A stretch of 64,000 bases of DNA from Candidatus Multivoradales bacterium (lineage in GTDB: Bacteria > Acidobacteriota > Thermoanaerobaculia > Multivoradales > J023), in contig CBDFLE010000006.1 of the NCBI GenBank assembly GCA_965248925.1, forward strand, positions 320,001 to 384,000. Reading direction: 5' to 3'. Below the pieces are notes generated by a model. That model worked only from the letters and a program-made list of their open reading frames with translations, ran no database searches and had not been told where the DNA came from. Each line of letters begins with the position of its first letter. Position 1 is the first letter of the stretch. Position numbers and translations under genes: made by a program. Below, one piece after another: positions 9,217 to 18,767 of this stretch.

Positions 9217-10746
9217 CTACTCGCCGATCCGCTCAAAGGTATCGACACTGGTCGAGTAGACATAGAACGAGACTCGCGCTTCCTCGTCGCGGCCAAAGTA
9301 GATCATGCGCCGTCCTTCACTCTCGACGAACACATCGTCGCCTCTGGGGATGTATTGTTCGTCGCCAACTTGCAGCGTGCCGTCTACCGCCTTGACCGGC
9401 CGATGGACACCGCGGGGCCAGCCGCCTCGGGCGAGTTCTTGGGCCGAGCAGGAGTGGCAGAAGACGCCAAAATAATAGTCGCCAACGTAGTCGCTGAGAT
9501 CCTGCAGCGGGGCGATATTCGGCACCGAGAGGGCTGCGGCGGCCGATTCAGCCACCAGGCTGTCGATCACGGTGGCGAGCACCGCGCGGCCCAATCGCAC
9601 CTGACCACCGCCGGCTTCGCTGTTGCGATTGGTGACCATGAAAATGCCGAAATCGAACTCCGGAATGATCGTCATCGAAGCATTGAAGCCCAACATGCCG
9701 CCGCCATGTCCGACGGTTCTGACCCGCTGAGCGGCCGGCCCGCTTCCCGCCTTCGACTCCCGCAGGCCGTGAGTCTGACCCAAGAACTCGGGATGGGGGC
9801 GGAACTGCGGCGCCAGCACCGCGGCGGCGGTTGCGGGCTGGAAAAGGCGGCCATGCTCATTGCTGCCGCTGCCGGTCAGCGCTACCAGTAAACGACCCAT
9901 ATCAGCGACGGTCGCATCGATCGAGGAAGCGGGGGTGGTCACATAGATTTCGTAGGGCTGCGCCACGTACTCGCCGTTGACGAAACCGTAGCCCAGCGCC
10001 AGATCGTCTCGGTATTGTGGCTCGACTTCCACCGACGAACGGATCATTCCCAGGGGCTCAAACATCTCCTGCCGCATCGCCTGGTCGTAGGGCAATCCGG
10101 TGACGCGCTCGATGACCGCTCCCGCCAGGGTGGCGCCATAGGTGTCGTAGCGAAAATATTGACCGGCTGGAGTGACCCGCCGCAAGTTGTCTGCGCGCAG
10201 GAACTCCGTGATGCTGGGTCGGGCGGCCTGGCGTTCCGCCAACGGCCGGCCGAAGTCGCGTACCTGGCGTCCAATGCCGATCTGATCCAAACCGGCGGTG
10301 TGGGTCAGGAGATCCGCCAGCGTGATCGGGCGCTCTAGGCGCCGTGGATTGCTGATGCCGTCAAAGTAGCGAGCCACGTCGTCGGCCAGACCTACCCGCC
10401 CGTCGTCGGCCAGTCGAGTCAGGGTCAACAGGGTCAACGCTTTGGAGATCGATCCAATGCGAAAGACCGTCGTCTCCGGATCGACGGCCAGATCTTGCTC
10501 GATATTCGCCAGCCCATAGCCGCGCAGGAAGATCGACTTGCCGTCCTTGACCATCACCACCGCGGCACCCGGTAGGTGGTTCTCTGCCATGTACGAAAGG
10601 ATCGTCTCGTCGACGGCGGCGGTCAGATCAGAATAGGAGGCTGCGGCTTCCGGTACAGCCTGCGGCTGGCTGCTGGGGGCTTCGACCTTGGAACAGCCGA
10701 GAAGGACAGTGAGCAGTGCGGGCACAACGCCACGGTAGTTCAGCAT
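9217..10746 (-). CDS. Beta-lactamase-family (class C/D-peptidase-like) serine hydrolase, putative lipoprotein
   Basis: FRIGSISK (SxxK), LLTHTAG, FRYDT at the YxN position and VGHGGG motifs; lipobox-like LLGC after ATG 10746. Confidence 0.88.
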   Translation of the reverse strand: MLNYRGVVPALLTVLLGCSKVEAPSSQPQAVPEAAASYSDLTAAVDETILSYMAENHLPGAAVVMVKDGKSIFLRGYGLANIEQDLAVDPETTVFRIGSISKALTLLTLTRLADDGRVGLADDVARYFDGISNPRRLERPITLADLLTHTAGLDQIGIGRQVRDFGRPLAERQAARPSITEFLRADNLRRVTPAGQYFRYDTYGATLAGAVIERVTGLPYDQAMRQEMFEPLGMIRSSVEVEPQYRDDLALGYGFVNGEYVAQPYEIYVTTPASSIDATVADMGRLLVALTGSGSNEHGRLFQPATAAAVLAPQFRPHPEFLGQTHGLRESKAGSGPAAQRVRTVGHGGGMLGFNASMTIIPEFDFGIFMVTNRNSEAGGGQVRLGRAVLATVIDSLVAESAAAALSVPNIAPLQDLSDYVGDYYFGVFCHSCSAQELARGGWPRGVHRPVKAVDGTLQVGDEQYIPRGDDVFVESEGRRMIYFGRDEEARVSFYVYSTSVDTFERIGE

Positions 10747-10887
10747 TCCACCGAGAATAGCCGACTTGAGCTGAGAAGGGGACGCTCGAAGTTGGCGCCG
10801 GAGAATCACGGCCGCTGGCAGGAGGAGACGGGTTGCTGCGCCTTCAATTTCGTTCTAGGCTGTCTAGCCAGAAAGGAGCACGCCACC

Positions 10888-11136
10888 ATGCAGACCTGGC
10901 AGTTGCAACACGCCAAGAACCGATTCAGCGAAGTGGTCGATCAGGCCGTGGATCAGGGTCCTCAGATCATCACCCGGCGAGGAACCGACACCGTAGTCGT
11001 CTTATCAGTCGAGGACTACCGTAGATTGCGCAAACCGAAGACCAACTTGGTGCAGTTCTTCCGCGACTCTCCTTTGGCGGACGCCGAACTCGATCTCGAG
11101 CGCGACCGGGACACCCGGCGTGATATCGAGCTGTGA
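10888..11136 (+). CDS. Phd/YefM-family antitoxin
   Basis: MQTWQLQHAKNRFSEVVDQAVDQGPQIITRRG; AAGGAG RBS; stop overlaps the toxin start (GTGA). Confidence 0.9.
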   Translation: MQTWQLQHAKNRFSEVVDQAVDQGPQIITRRGTDTVVVLSVEDYRRLRKPKTNLVQFFRDSPLADAELDLERDRDTRRDIEL

Positions 11137-11552
11137 ACTACCTCCTCGACACTTGTATCGTCTCGGAACTGATCAAGAAGCTGCCGCAACCCTCTGTCGT
11201 TGATTGGATTCAGCAACAGGACGAAGAGCGGCTCTACCTGAGCGTCATCACCCTGGGTGAGATTCAGAAAGGAGTTAGTCAGCTCCTCGAGTCACATCGC
11301 AAGCGCGGTTTACAAGAGTGGCCCGATATTGACCTGCGACGGAGATTCAGCGATCGCCTCCTTGATGTCACTCCGCGAGTAGCGATGCTTTGGGGCCAGA
11401 TCCAAGGCGAAGGAAGTCGACTGGGCAGGACCCCACCCAGTGTCGACAGCCTCATCGCCGCGACGGCATTGACTTTCGATGCCGCGGTCGTGACCCGCAA
11501 CGAGGCCGACATGAAGGGAAGCGGGGTCAGGATCATCAACCCCTGGGCCTAA
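11133..11552 (+). CDS. vapC: VapC-family PIN-domain toxin
   Basis: YLLDTCIVSEL, LSVITLGEIQKG and DSLIAATAL...VVTRNEAD PIN motifs. Confidence 0.9.
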   Translation: MNYLLDTCIVSELIKKLPQPSVVDWIQQQDEERLYLSVITLGEIQKGVSQLLESHRKRGLQEWPDIDLRRRFSDRLLDVTPRVAMLWGQIQGEGSRLGRTPPSVDSLIAATALTFDAAVVTRNEADMKGSGVRIINPWA

Positions 11553-11633
11553 GATCCTCCCGAGCAACCCTGGAGACCTCTAGACTTTTCACTAGCATTA
11601 GCTGCGTTGTGAGCTAGCAGACTATCGTGCAAC

Positions 11634-11837
11634 TCAGCTCTCGGCTCGCGCCGCTCGCCAGCGGCCAATCGCCGAACAGAGCAGCATTCCTGAGGCAAAG
11701 CCACCGGCGATCAAGGTCGCCAGGTCGACCGCGCGAACATTGCCAGCCTCGACCAAAGACATCATCCGACTGATGGTCGGCAGCAGAAAGACGACGGCGA
11801 GAACAAAGAGAGGGGCTGCTTTTTTGGTCAGCTGCAT
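11634..11837 (-). CDS. Small two-TM membrane protein
   Basis: AAGGAG RBS; two hydrophobic segments; directly downstream of the TrmB gene. Confidence 0.6.
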   Translation of the reverse strand: MQLTKKAAPLFVLAVVFLLPTISRMMSLVEAGNVRAVDLATLIAGGFASGMLLCSAIGRWRAARAES

Positions 11838-11906
11838 GGGGGCTCCTTAGAGGGAACGGTTGGGAGAAAAACGGACGTTGGCCGAGCTGTGAGCTAGCGC
11901 ATTTGC

Positions 11907-12788
11907 TCACCGCTCGGCGGCTTGCGGATCGACGCCGAACCGCGAAAAGAGAAGCTGTTGCCCGGGTACCTGGGCATTGTGGAAGAAGAGCTGCCGATCG
12001 AGCAATGCATCAAGGCTGGCCGGAAATGCCTGTTGCTGACGCAATTCGTAAATTGCGTGCAGAGTGTGCTCCCGCAGCAGGCCCGCGTGCAAGATGCAAG
12101 AGATGTAAAGGCTGTCGGTCCAAACCGCTTGGTGAACGCCCAGCAAATCCTCGTGCAGCAGAGCCAACAGAGCCTCTTGACCGTCAACGATCACGTTGAG
12201 CTGCTGGCTATGCCAGAAACTCAAGATGGTCTCCCACTTGTGGGCCAAGGTAACAGCTGCACCCAGGATCTCGACCGGCGTGTAGGTCTGGACAAAAACC
12301 TCGACCCCGCGGTCGATCGCCCGCTGAATCGCCGGCCGGACTTGCTCGAGGGTCTTGGGAAAAGCATCAACGACGACGATCGACGACGCCCGATCAAGCA
12401 TCGCTATCGCTCTCTCGAACACCAGCGGTGCCGATTGCAGTGGGTAGATCCGCTCCCCACCTGGGGCCGGGGTGAGTTCAGCCAGCTCGACCGCGGCCTG
12501 CCGTTGGCGGCGCTTGAAGTGGCGCTCGAGCTGGCCGAGAAACTCCTCGGGTGCCGTTGCCCGGCACAGCCGAGGCTCGCCACTGTCGACGGTGACCGCC
12601 CCGCTGAGCAGCAGGCTCTCGATCGCCTTGTAGACATTGGCCGTTGCCTTGCCTAGAGCTTTGCCGATTCGGTAAGCCGTCACCGGCTGCCGCTGAGCGA
12701 GCAGCAGCAAATAGACCTCGGCTTCGAGACGGTTCAAGCCCAGAGCTTGCAGGGTGTCGCGGGGGTTGCGCGCTGTCGCATCATTCAT
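11907..12788 (-). CDS. TrmB-family transcriptional regulator
   Basis: LQALGLNRLEAEVYLLLL...TAYRIGKALGKATANVYKAIESL winged HTH, followed by a TrmB-like effector domain (LNVIVDGQEALL). Confidence 0.87.
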   Translation of the reverse strand: MNDATARNPRDTLQALGLNRLEAEVYLLLLAQRQPVTAYRIGKALGKATANVYKAIESLLLSGAVTVDSGEPRLCRATAPEEFLGQLERHFKRRQRQAAVELAELTPAPGGERIYPLQSAPLVFERAIAMLDRASSIVVVDAFPKTLEQVRPAIQRAIDRGVEVFVQTYTPVEILGAAVTLAHKWETILSFWHSQQLNVIVDGQEALLALLHEDLLGVHQAVWTDSLYISCILHAGLLREHTLHAIYELRQQQAFPASLDALLDRQLFFHNAQVPGQQLLFSRFGVDPQAAER

Positions 12789-12825
12789 AGTATGTAAACA
12801 TACTACTAAGTTGAAAAGGCGTCAA
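12788..12825 (-). promoter_or_regulatory. Putative sigma70 promoter with overlapping 18-bp palindromic operator for the TrmB gene
   Basis: Minus strand TTGACG-17 bp-TATGTT ending 8 nt before the ATG; dyad TAGTATGT-AA-ACATACTA at 12788-12805. Confidence 0.65.
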
Positions 12826-13077
12826 GCCATCACCGCGGGTGCATGAGCACTGTTCAAACACTCCGGGGCACCGACTGCCGACGAATACTAGGCAACCGCA
12901 AGTCAGGAATCGACGCCAGCCGGCGAACTCTCCAACTAGCCAGATCAGTGAATCTGCTCTCAGAATTTGGAAAAGCTAGTTGGGGTGCCGCCACGCCGAG
13001 CGAGCCCCGCTCGTGACTTGGACAAGCAGGGTCTGGACAAACACAGGGTTGGTCCAAACACAGTGTCTGCTTGTTCC

Positions 13078-13115
13078 GCCGAGGTGTCAGGCCCTGGCAC
13101 CTCGGCCTTTTTCTT
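13078..13115. terminator. Intrinsic terminator-like hairpin
   Basis: GCCGAGGTGTCAG-gcc-CTGGCACCTCGGC stem followed by CTTTTTCTT on the + strand; about 20 bp past the DinB stop on the - strand. Confidence 0.6.
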
Positions 13116-13128
13116 CGCTCGCCCTGGT

Positions 13129-13692
13129 TTAGTTCGAAGACTCGAGCCGCTCGAAGATCCGCCGTGCATGGTGGGCGCTGTGGTAGAGGGTGAAGTAGAG
13201 CATCTCCCGCACCGTCAATCGGCCGAGCAAGGGGTGCGGCAGACGGTAGCGATCGAGAGCGCGGTCGGGCCAAGCGGAGATCGCTTCCTGCAGCGCCTGG
13301 CCATTGGCTTGCCAAAGAGCCAAAACACGCTGCCGCCAAGCGCTGTCATCGAGGTCTCCCCGCCGGGCGCTCGGTGAAAAACGACCGGCACCGGCACCCT
13401 CGGCCAGCAACTGGTGGTAACTGCTTCGGACTTCCTCGAAACTGCGTGAGCCCGACCACGATATGCCACCGATTCCAATCAGCATTACCTTGGAGAAATT
13501 CATCGCCCGGGCTACCGGCCGCATCGATTTGTTCAAGTGGCGGAGGTGATCGCCAGGTGACCAATGCTCGCCTTGAGGCGCCAAGAAGATCTCTAGAGGC
13601 AGCTCTGCCAGCGCTTGGGCAATCTCGCCATGCAGCCGATCCAGGGCGGCAATCAGTTGCTCGCGGTCGCCAGGCGGGTTGATCTCAAACAT
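13129..13692 (-). CDS. DinB/YfiT-family protein
   Basis: WSPGDHLRHL and HPLLGRLTVREMLYFTLYHSAHH metal-binding His motifs; ATG at 13692. Confidence 0.85.
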   Translation of the reverse strand: MFEINPPGDREQLIAALDRLHGEIAQALAELPLEIFLAPQGEHWSPGDHLRHLNKSMRPVARAMNFSKVMLIGIGGISWSGSRSFEEVRSSYHQLLAEGAGAGRFSPSARRGDLDDSAWRQRVLALWQANGQALQEAISAWPDRALDRYRLPHPLLGRLTVREMLYFTLYHSAHHARRIFERLESSN

Positions 13693-13708
13693 GTCTAGGG
13701 TCGCCCCG

Positions 13709-14233
13709 CTAGCTGGGAAGGGTGGAGGCAATCGCCAGCGTATGAGGGAGCACTCGGCGATCCAGCCAGGCATTGACGACATGGGCCGCAGCCAACAGCA
13801 AGCCGCTGGCAGCCAGCAGAACTTCCGCTGGAATCGGCCAAGCCGCGGTATGGGAAGCATGGCCATAGTGCCCGAGAATCATCAAGGCCAAGGCACCACT
13901 GAGGAGCGCCATCGGCCGCCGCGAGCGATGCCTGAGATAGCCGCTGCGCAGACTGGTGCCGGCCAAAATCGCCGACGACAGCAACAGCATCCACTCCACT
14001 CCCTCACCTGTGAGGACGCTCAAGCCTGCCAGTGGCAACAGGCTCACCGCCAACGGCAACAAGGCGCAGTGAATGGCGCAGAGCATGGCGGTGAAAGCGC
14101 CGAGCAAGTCGAGGCGCGACAGCTTTGCCGGTGCCGCTAGCTCGCTGTTCGCCAGCTGACCGGACGTCAGTTCAGGGCTGGCTGGAGTGGGGCGCATCAT
14201 GATCTGGTTCATTCCCGTCATCGACACGGCCAC
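13709..14233 (-). CDS. MerC-domain membrane protein
   Basis: LDLLGAFTAMLCAIHCALLP (CxxHC), GYLRHR and four hydrophobic segments; start uncertain. Confidence 0.8.
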   Translation of the reverse strand: MAVSMTGMNQIMMRPTPASPELTSGQLANSELAAPAKLSRLDLLGAFTAMLCAIHCALLPLAVSLLPLAGLSVLTGEGVEWMLLLSSAILAGTSLRSGYLRHRSRRPMALLSGALALMILGHYGHASHTAAWPIPAEVLLAASGLLLAAAHVVNAWLDRRVLPHTLAIASTLPS

Positions 14234-14251
14234 TTGGGGCCGCAGAACAAG

Positions 14252-14271
14252 AATGATAATGCATTTTCATT
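14252..14271. promoter_or_regulatory. Fur/Zur-family-like operator
   Basis: AATGATAATGCATTTTCATT is a near-perfect dyad in an AT-rich patch just upstream of the MerC-domain gene. Confidence 0.55.
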
Positions 14272-14390
14272 AAAATGCAAAGTTGAAATATCGAGCGGGC
14301 TCATTGCCGGCCCGCTCGCCGCTCCGCCTAGCGGTGCTATTCTCGCGCCGCTAGGCCACACCGTGCTAAGCCACACTGTGCAGCCACACT

Positions 14391-16484
14391 GTGCCTGACA
14401 CTCCGAGCCCATCTTCCGTGAGGTGCCGATCCGTGACCATCCTCCGCCATCTGTCCCCCCTCCTGCCGTTGCTTCTACTCACTACTAGCGTCTTCGGTGA
14501 ACCGCCAGAGGACAGTCAGCTGTTGCAGCCGATCGACGTCTTCCATTTGGAGGTCGCGGCTGATCCGCGAATTTCACCCGCTGGCGGCCAGGTGGCCTAC
14601 ACCCGGCAGTCGATGGATGTGATGAGCGACCGTCGCCGGTCGAAGATTTGGTTGGTCAGCACCGATGACGACCGGCACCGACCGTTGACCAAGGGCGACA
14701 GCTCGAGCCCGCGCTGGTCCCCCGACGGCAAGCGCCTGGCCTACTTAGCACCCGGCGACCACGGTACCCAGATCAAGCTGCGCTACATGGACAGCGGCGA
14801 TAGCGCCCAGCTGACCCGGCTCACCGAGTCGCCGCGCGGCCTGGCTTTCTCCCCCGATGGACGCTCGATCGCTTTTGTGATGTACGTTGCTGATCCGCCA
14901 GAACCCTTCGTCAGCTTACCCAAGGCACCCGAGGGGAGCGAGTGGGCGCCACCGCCGATCTACATCGACGAACTGATCTACCGTACCGATGGTGCCGGCT
15001 ATCTGGAGCGGGGCTGGGATCAGATCTTCGTCCTGTCGACCGACGGTGGCACCCCGCGGCAGCTGACCTCGGCACCCCACGACCACGATCCACCCAGCTG
15101 GTCGGCCGACGGCAAGGCGCTCTACGTTGCCGCCAAGCGCCGCCCTGACGCCGACTACGATCCGCAGAACACCGAGGTCTACCGTATCGAGTTCGCCGAT
15201 GGCAAGGTCACCCAGCTGACCAGCCGCCAGGGGCCCGACGACGCTCCCATAGCCTCCCCGGATGGCCAGTGGATCGCCTACTTGGGATTCGACGATCGCC
15301 ACCTGGGCTACCAAATCACTCGGCTCTACGTGCTACCCGTCGGCGGTGGAGAACCGCGGCTGCTGACCGCCAAGCTTGATCGCGACGTGCGCCAACCGCG
15401 TTGGAGCGCCGACTCGAAATCGATTTACTTCGCCTATGAGGAACACGGCAACGGCAAGCTCGCCCGGCTCACCCTCGATGGCGGCGGGATCGAAACCCTG
15501 GCCAACAACCTCGGTGGCAACGGCCTCGGCCGACCCTACGGCGGCGGCTCGTTCTCGGTCGCCAACGATGGCCGCTTGGCCTACATGCTGAACCGCCCCG
15601 AGCGTCCCTCGGAAGTGGCCATCGCCGCCGCCGACGCGCCACAGCGCTCACTGACCGTTCTCAACGACGACCTGCTGGGGCACAAGAAACTCGGCCGGGT
15701 CGAGGAGATCTGGTACCAGTCCTCCTTCGACCAACGCCGCGTCCAGGGCTGGATCGTCCACCCGCCGGACTTCGATGAGAGCAAGAAGTATCCGCTGATC
15801 CTGGAAATCCACGGCGGCCCATTCGCCAACTACGGCGATCGCTTCGCCGCCGAGTTGCAGCTCTTCGCCGCCGCTGGCTACGTGGTGCTCTACACCAACC
15901 CCCGCGGCAGCACCAGTTACGGCCACGAATTCGGCAACCTGATCCACCACAACTACCCGAGCCAGGACTACGACGACCTGATGTCGGGAGTCGACGCGGT
16001 GATCGAGCGCGGCTATGTCGATGCAGACAATCTTTTTGTCACCGGCGGTTCCGGCGGCGGCGTGCTCACCGCCTGGGTAGTGGGCAAAACCCACCGCTTC
16101 AAGGCCGCGGTGTCGGCCAAGCCGGTGATCAATTGGTACAGCTTCGTGCTCACCGCCGACATGTCACCCTACTTCACTCAATATTGGTTCGCCGAGATGC
16201 CTTGGGACGACCCTGAGACCTACCTGAAGCGCTCGCCCCTGTCATTGGTCGGCAACGTGCAGACGCCGACCATGCTGCTCACCGGTGAGCAAGACTTCCG
16301 CACTCCGATCTCCGAATCCGAGCAATTCTACAAAGCACTCAAGCTGCGCCAGATCGACACCGCCCTGGTGCGCATCCCCGACGCTTCCCACGGCATCGCC
16401 ACCCGCCCCAGCCATCTGATGGCTAAAGTGATGTACGTGCTGGGATGGTTCGAGAAATACCGCACGGACAAGGCGGGTGACTAG
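14391..16484 (+). CDS. S9-family (acylaminoacyl/dipeptidyl) peptidase, exported
   Basis: Signal peptide; beta-propeller repeats (WSPDG, FSPDG); IHGGP, nucleophile TGGSGGG, GEQDFR and ASHGI catalytic motifs. True start may be the GTG near 14433. Confidence 0.92.
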   Translation: MPDTPSPSSVRCRSVTILRHLSPLLPLLLLTTSVFGEPPEDSQLLQPIDVFHLEVAADPRISPAGGQVAYTRQSMDVMSDRRRSKIWLVSTDDDRHRPLTKGDSSSPRWSPDGKRLAYLAPGDHGTQIKLRYMDSGDSAQLTRLTESPRGLAFSPDGRSIAFVMYVADPPEPFVSLPKAPEGSEWAPPPIYIDELIYRTDGAGYLERGWDQIFVLSTDGGTPRQLTSAPHDHDPPSWSADGKALYVAAKRRPDADYDPQNTEVYRIEFADGKVTQLTSRQGPDDAPIASPDGQWIAYLGFDDRHLGYQITRLYVLPVGGGEPRLLTAKLDRDVRQPRWSADSKSIYFAYEEHGNGKLARLTLDGGGIETLANNLGGNGLGRPYGGGSFSVANDGRLAYMLNRPERPSEVAIAAADAPQRSLTVLNDDLLGHKKLGRVEEIWYQSSFDQRRVQGWIVHPPDFDESKKYPLILEIHGGPFANYGDRFAAELQLFAAAGYVVLYTNPRGSTSYGHEFGNLIHHNYPSQDYDDLMSGVDAVIERGYVDADNLFVTGGSGGGVLTAWVVGKTHRFKAAVSAKPVINWYSFVLTADMSPYFTQYWFAEMPWDDPETYLKRSPLSLVGNVQTPTMLLTGEQDFRTPISESEQFYKALKLRQIDTALVRIPDASHGIATRPSHLMAKVMYVLGWFEKYRTDKAGD

Positions 16485-16495
16485 GAGGCATCACT

Positions 16496-16541
16496 CCGCC
16501 CCCAATTGGCGGCGCTGGCCGGGCTTGCGAAGTCTAGCCAG
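16496..16541. terminator. GC-rich hairpins between convergent genes
   Basis: CCGCC...GGCGG (16496-16512) and CTGGCCGGGCTT...AAGTCTAGCCAG (16515-16541); no clear U-tract. Confidence 0.3.
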
Positions 16542-16562
16542 ATCGCGGTAGACCGCCTCCTC

Positions 16563-18767
16563 CTATCTGCCCCACAGATCGAGCAAGCGGCTGTACTTGA
16601 TCACCAGTTGGCGCTGATTGACAAAATCACCGCGGCCGATCTCTTGGATGTCGTTATAGACCACGAAGAGACCAGTGTTGGCGGTCTCGCGCCAGCCAAA
16701 GCGGACATTGGACGACCATTGATCGAGTCTGGTGTTGTATTGCACCAGACTCTCGACAAATAGCTTGGGGGTGAAGGAGTAGGCCAGGCGCAAGCGTGAC
16801 AAATCGGTTTCGAAGTTGCCAAAGGGTAGGTTCACGTTGTCACGCCGCCAAACCACTTCACCGGTGAATTTCTCGGTCTTGCGGAAGCGCAAAGTCGAGA
16901 TCAACGATATTCGGTTGCCGTCGAAGAAATCTCCGGAGACAAACATCACTCGGTAGCTGACCGGCGCGGCCAGGTTGGTGTAGGCGACTATCTGGACCTC
17001 GGTACGGCGGTACTTGCCGGCAGGAACGATCACCCCAGGATGAATCTCGAAGGGATCCTTGACTCCATCCTCAATTATGTTGGCGCCGGTGTGTACCTCG
17101 TGTCCTTTCTTGAATTCCCAGTGACTTCCCAGGTGGAAGGTGCTGCTCTCCTTGAAACCGTCGAAATCCCAAAAACCCTGATAAAAGATGTGCGGCCGGA
17201 TCTCGTGCAGGCCGAGCCGGTTCTTCGGCCGGTGGCGGCTCAGGGCGAAGGCTTCTGGCCGGCGATATCCACGACGGGTGAGAAAACCAACCTGCGGATC
17301 AAACCCCTGACCGACCTCGGCGTAGCTCAGTTCCGTAACAACTTTCTTGGAATTCCACCGGCCATCGACAAAGAAGGCGTGGTCGTCCTGACTGACCCCC
17401 GGCGTATCGCTCTTGGCCACGAAACCCTTGATCTCGGATCGCGGCCCCACTCCCCAGCGACCATCGACCGCGAAGGTGCGGCCGTAGTCGTCATTGCCAG
17501 CCAGCGACCCCTTTGCCTCGCGACTGGTGATGAGCATGCCAAGGGAGGAGTTCTTACCCACATCGCGGCTCACGCGAGCGACCGCGAACTCGTTTTCTGG
17601 CACTCCGCTGGCGGTATCGTCGGTGACCATGTAGAGCAGACCCAGGTTGTTGCGCCCGGCTTTGCCAGACAAGCGCAGACCACCGCGGATAGGGATCTCC
17701 TCGCCACCCGAACCAAGGCCGATGCGGCGACTGAAGAACAACTCGACCTGGCCCGGGATCCCGACCCTGAACGCACCGGCATTCTCCAGGAAGAATGCGC
17801 GTTTTTCCGGAAAGAATAGATTGAAGCGATCGAGGTTGATCTGTTGCACATCGGCCTCGACCTGGGCGAAATCGGTGTTGATCGTCGCATCCAGGGTCAA
17901 ACTTGGGCTGATGCCGAACTTGAGGTCGATGCCAGCATCGAAGTCCTCGTCAGTGTCCCTGGAGCCACCTCGCCCCTTGACACTGCTCACCAAGGTATAA
18001 GGTACCGCCTGCAAGAATTGTTGCCGAGGCACCTCGATCCCCTCCAAGCGACCGGCTAGAGACACCCGGTCGAGGTCGAACTGGCGCGGCAACGGCGACC
18101 AAAATACCTTCTCTTTATGACGGCGAATGTTGCGCTGAAAGTTGATCCCCCAGGTCTGCGGATTGCCTTTGGGGAAGCGTAGGGTACGAAACGGAATGGC
18201 AAACTCGGCACTCCAGCCGCCATCGAAAATCTTGGCGGCGACCTGCCAGGCGCCGTCCCAATTGAGATTAAAACCACCCGTATTGCCGACGTTCACTTCT
18301 CCGTCGCGGGTCACCTGACCGTCGTATTCGAGGCCAGCGGGATTAGTACCGAAGATAAAGCCACTCTGCAAATCGCCGTAAGTGTCGAGCAACAGCTGGA
18401 AGCTGTCGGTATCGGCCAGCGACGAGTCGCGCCGGCTATCGGCGACGACGATGCCTTCCGGCTGTCGGTCATGGCAGACGACGCCGACATAGAAAGTCGT
18501 ATCATCGAACAGCACATAGACCTCGGTCTTCTCCGTCGCCGCCGCCCCTGCCACTGGCGTGGTCTGCACGAATCCGGTCGCCGGCTGGGCCGCCGACCAG
18601 GCAGGGTCAGTCAGCACCTCGCCATCCAGCGTCGGCGCGGCCAAGCTGCGCAGAGCCTTGATCACCGGTCGCGTTGCTTCTTGGGCGGTCAGGGAAGTTA
18701 CCAGGAGGCTCATGCTAACAACGCCACACAGCAGCCCCCAGGAATGCCGAGAGTATCTAGAATTCAT
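16563..18767 (-). CDS. CBM9-like/DUF5916 domain exported (probable outer-membrane) protein
   Basis: Signal peptide; PTLDGEV...WSAEFAIPFRTLRF...WGINFQRNIRR; LDATINTDFAQVEAD and LFFPEKRAFFLE motifs; AGGAG RBS; 41 bp downstream of the NRPS stop. Confidence 0.8.
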   Translation of the reverse strand: MNSRYSRHSWGLLCGVVSMSLLVTSLTAQEATRPVIKALRSLAAPTLDGEVLTDPAWSAAQPATGFVQTTPVAGAAATEKTEVYVLFDDTTFYVGVVCHDRQPEGIVVADSRRDSSLADTDSFQLLLDTYGDLQSGFIFGTNPAGLEYDGQVTRDGEVNVGNTGGFNLNWDGAWQVAAKIFDGGWSAEFAIPFRTLRFPKGNPQTWGINFQRNIRRHKEKVFWSPLPRQFDLDRVSLAGRLEGIEVPRQQFLQAVPYTLVSSVKGRGGSRDTDEDFDAGIDLKFGISPSLTLDATINTDFAQVEADVQQINLDRFNLFFPEKRAFFLENAGAFRVGIPGQVELFFSRRIGLGSGGEEIPIRGGLRLSGKAGRNNLGLLYMVTDDTASGVPENEFAVARVSRDVGKNSSLGMLITSREAKGSLAGNDDYGRTFAVDGRWGVGPRSEIKGFVAKSDTPGVSQDDHAFFVDGRWNSKKVVTELSYAEVGQGFDPQVGFLTRRGYRRPEAFALSRHRPKNRLGLHEIRPHIFYQGFWDFDGFKESSTFHLGSHWEFKKGHEVHTGANIIEDGVKDPFEIHPGVIVPAGKYRRTEVQIVAYTNLAAPVSYRVMFVSGDFFDGNRISLISTLRFRKTEKFTGEVVWRRDNVNLPFGNFETDLSRLRLAYSFTPKLFVESLVQYNTRLDQWSSNVRFGWRETANTGLFVVYNDIQEIGRGDFVNQRQLVIKYSRLLDLWGR

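Noticed and set aside
10576-10887. Long N-terminal extension of the antitoxin (186-aa call)
   Set aside because: It overlaps the opposite-strand hydrolase; the RBS and Phd homology begin at ATG 10888.
13709-14233. Mercury resistance locus
   Set aside because: Only a MerC-domain protein is present; no merA, merR, merT or merP.
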